The position numbers were made by a program, and so were the translations under genes. Of a DNA stretch of 64,000 nucleotides, positions 61,285-64,000 are shown in pieces (the first letter of the stretch is position 1; the number at the start of each line of letters is the position of its first letter). The stretch comes from Lama glama. Taxonomy: Eukaryota. The stretch spans positions 26,166,001 through 26,230,000 of the forward strand of contig CM052816.1 of the NCBI GenBank assembly GCA_028534125.1. Reading direction: 5' to 3'. The notes under the pieces were generated by a model. That model worked only from the letters and a program-made list of their open reading frames with translations, did no database searches and was not told the origin of the DNA.

Positions 61285-64000
61285 TTAGTTAACCTCATAG
61301 AAATATAAATCAGCTAGAGGGCTCCACCTAACAGTTCCTACATTTCATCCATAAAGAACTCAAAAAGAAATTAGATTTCTGTGGAAGGCCCTTGTGTGTG
61401 GAATTCTTTGTTCACCATCATTTGGTGCAGTCCTTGTCAAATGAACTTCCACAAGCAGAACTATAAAGAACTGAAAGATACATCTCTGTATATTGACATC
61501 TTATTTATTTTAATATATGCCAGTTGTTCTACTTTTTATGCATTCTGATTGTTATCCCTTTGAACTTTTGCCGTGAGGCAGTTTAATCATGATTGGTTCA
61601 ATTGTGTAAATCCAATAAACAAATCTTGGCCAAGGTCCCTTGGAGGTATTATCCTGACATTTCTCTGAGTGTGTTTACAAAGCTTTTTTACAGTCTTGGA
61701 ACCATAGCCTTTGCCAAATGTTCTTGAATTCAGAGAAACCCACTACTTCACAGAAAAGGCATCTCATATCACTTAAAAGCCCTTCATTCCTAAAAAGAAC
61801 ACATTTTTGATTGATTTTAAGTCTCCATTTCCTTGGTATTTTTACTTTAAAACCAGTCTCGGCAAAGGCATAGCCACGAGGAGTCAGTTCTACAACCATA
61901 CCCAGCCCTTAAGTGGAAAAATTACTATCAAGCTTCATTTTTTATGTCTCTTTTTCCACAGGATAATTTCCATGTCTTTTACAATGTCTAAGTGTAGCCT
62001 AGACTAGAAGAGTATTTTCTACTACCTGTGTATAGTTACTCTATGTAAAGGTAAAGGTGTTCTTTTTCCTTTTGGTTGATGCTACCACTGTTTAAAATGC
62101 TAAGTATGCTCAAAATTGATCTTCCATAATAAAGATGCAAACTGAAAAAAATACGCAAAGTGAATGACAGTGGAGTCATTACGTTTCACCACAGAGTAAT
62201 ATAAAAGCACAATTTGAGAGCTGCATCTAAGATATACCTTTCCCCCAGTCTTTCCTAGGAATTGTTAATAATGGTGGGAGATTTCACATTGTTAATTGAG
62301 AAACTTGAGGAAATTATCATTTTGATAGCTCTTGTCTTCCTTTTGAAAGGGAGAAAAATGGGCCACTTCTGTGAACATAATTTCATTTCTCCAAGCTGTT
62401 TAAGATAGTTATTTTCATGTGGAATGTTCACATCAGCTTGTAAACCGATATATAAGAACTTAAGTTAAAATGTTTCCACTCCGTATACTAATGTGTAGCT
62501 CTTGTATTCATCCAAGAATTGGGCCCCTCACAATTATAGCATCTGTTTTTGTTTGGTTAATTTTATAATCTCAGATGTTTCCATAAATCCTGAATTAAAG
62601 AGAAAACTGCTGGGACCAATTTGTGTGGGTAGGCTAAATGTGGTAGTCTACCATCACTGCGCAACAGTGTTTTGCTTTCCTTTCCCTATGGTTTGTTATT
62701 ACAGATATCACATTTCGGCAAATGCTTCCATGCTTTAAAAAAAAAAAAAAGGAAAAATGATATTGCACAGAAAATGGTCAATTTCATCTCATCTCAGTTA
62801 GATTATGGTATTTGGGATTTCGGTCATTTGCGCCATCGAGAAGATGATAAACATGTTGGTCACTTTTACCTCTATCAGAAAATTTTCTGCCAAGTTCAGA
62901 GTTGTTTCTAGTTCCTTAAAGTATTTCAACACACAAGGACAAATGCTTCTCTAGTAGTGAAAAAACAGGGTCAATGAGGAGGATGATCAGGGATTCAGAA
63001 ATACCATATTGTTTTCTTAAATGTACTTCAAAGAAAAATAGTCACAGTAAAAATATGGAACATTGTAAATAGGCCACGATTTTATGTCTTTCTATATGAC
63101 TGGTCCAATTCTGCCATACTGAGTAATTAAGAACCAGCACGGTGTCTTTATAGATTTCTTTCTAACAACACAGTAATAAAGGGAGCAGTTCTTTTTATTC
63201 TCTGTTCACTTCATGAAGAACTGAATGGGCAGTGACTTTTCAAGCGGCTCTAAGATTGCACTGAAATTAGAAAAGCCTAAAGTATGTGGAAAATACGTTC
63301 ATTGTTTTAGAGTTCCCTCAGATTGTAGGGTACAACTTACAAGACAGTCAACTTAAATATTTATTCAGTCATTGTTAGGGTATTTTTTTTTTTAAATCTC
63401 ATTAGCACTGAAGACAATGGAGTCACAAATAAAAAGAAGCATCTCTGTCAACTACTGCTCCTTTGCTGTCTAGGTGAAATCCTTTTTGAGTTCTGCTCAT
63501 TTGTAGATGAATGATTTGGGGGACTACACTGGAGGATTGATATTTTTAATTGAAGGCAAAAAAAGCCTGCTAGTTCTATCTCTCAGATTGTAATAATTTT
63601 TTCCAATAAAATGAAGTTATTTATCTAATTTTCATTTAGAAGACAATTGAACTTTTTCAAAATGGTTCTAGTTCTTTTATAAAAATTAATTGATGGCATT
63701 CATTTAAGTCAAACTTCTGAATTTTTAATTTTGGAACTAATTTTATGTGCTTTGGAGAATGTAGTTTCCTCCTTATTGAGAAATGTAATATAATTTCATT
63801 TATCATTATAGCACTGAGGGATGCTCTTAAAATAATAAGTTATCTTTTATCAAGCTTTCCCTTACAAATTATTTGAATTTTGGTTATTTTAGGTAAGAAC
63901 TTGCCATTGTATTTAGTGAAAACTTTGTAGTCAGTTTTAGTTATGAGACATGGTGAAGAAAGGTATAAAATAAGCTGTAGAAGAAAGTAGCAAATCTGAC

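Noticed and set aside
61945..62055. Strong acceptor tctttttccacag with donor aag|gtaaag
   Set aside because: Stops in all three frames; a non-coding exon is possible but unsupported.
1..64000. Short ORFs (60-126 aa) in the six-frame track
   Set aside because: None resembles a protein I recognise except L1 ORF2 remnants. Many lie inside LTRs or low-complexity DNA and start at non-ATG codons, consistent with chance ORFs.

Overview
Mammalian, CpG-poor, non-coding genomic DNA (intronic or intergenic). I could not support any protein-coding gene, RNA gene or CRISPR array. The supplied ORFs are short and unrecognisable, except a decayed LINE-1 ORF2 remnant at ~23.2-23.8 kb. Two tRNA-Ala-derived SINEs (~46.6 and ~58.0 kb) resemble the camelid Vic-1 SINE, so the source is probably camel/alpaca/llama (inference). 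Much of the window is transposon debris: old L2, MIR, MLT1/MLT2 LTRs and hAT MITEs, plus younger ERV1-type solo LTRs and many short L1 3'-end copies. Repeat family names are from recalled consensus motifs, not database searches. The most notable sequence-supported items are: a SINE-L1 composite inside a single 17-bp TSD; an LTR fragment ending at its own poly(A) site followed by a poly(A)-derived microsatellite (probable L1-mobilised LTR transcript); an inverted twin-primed L1; a compound MER53; three local diverged duplications; and a candidate recursive splice site. TE-poor, motif-rich stretches at 29-34 kb and 53.5-55 kb may be enhancers. I found no convincing evidence of a new biological system.
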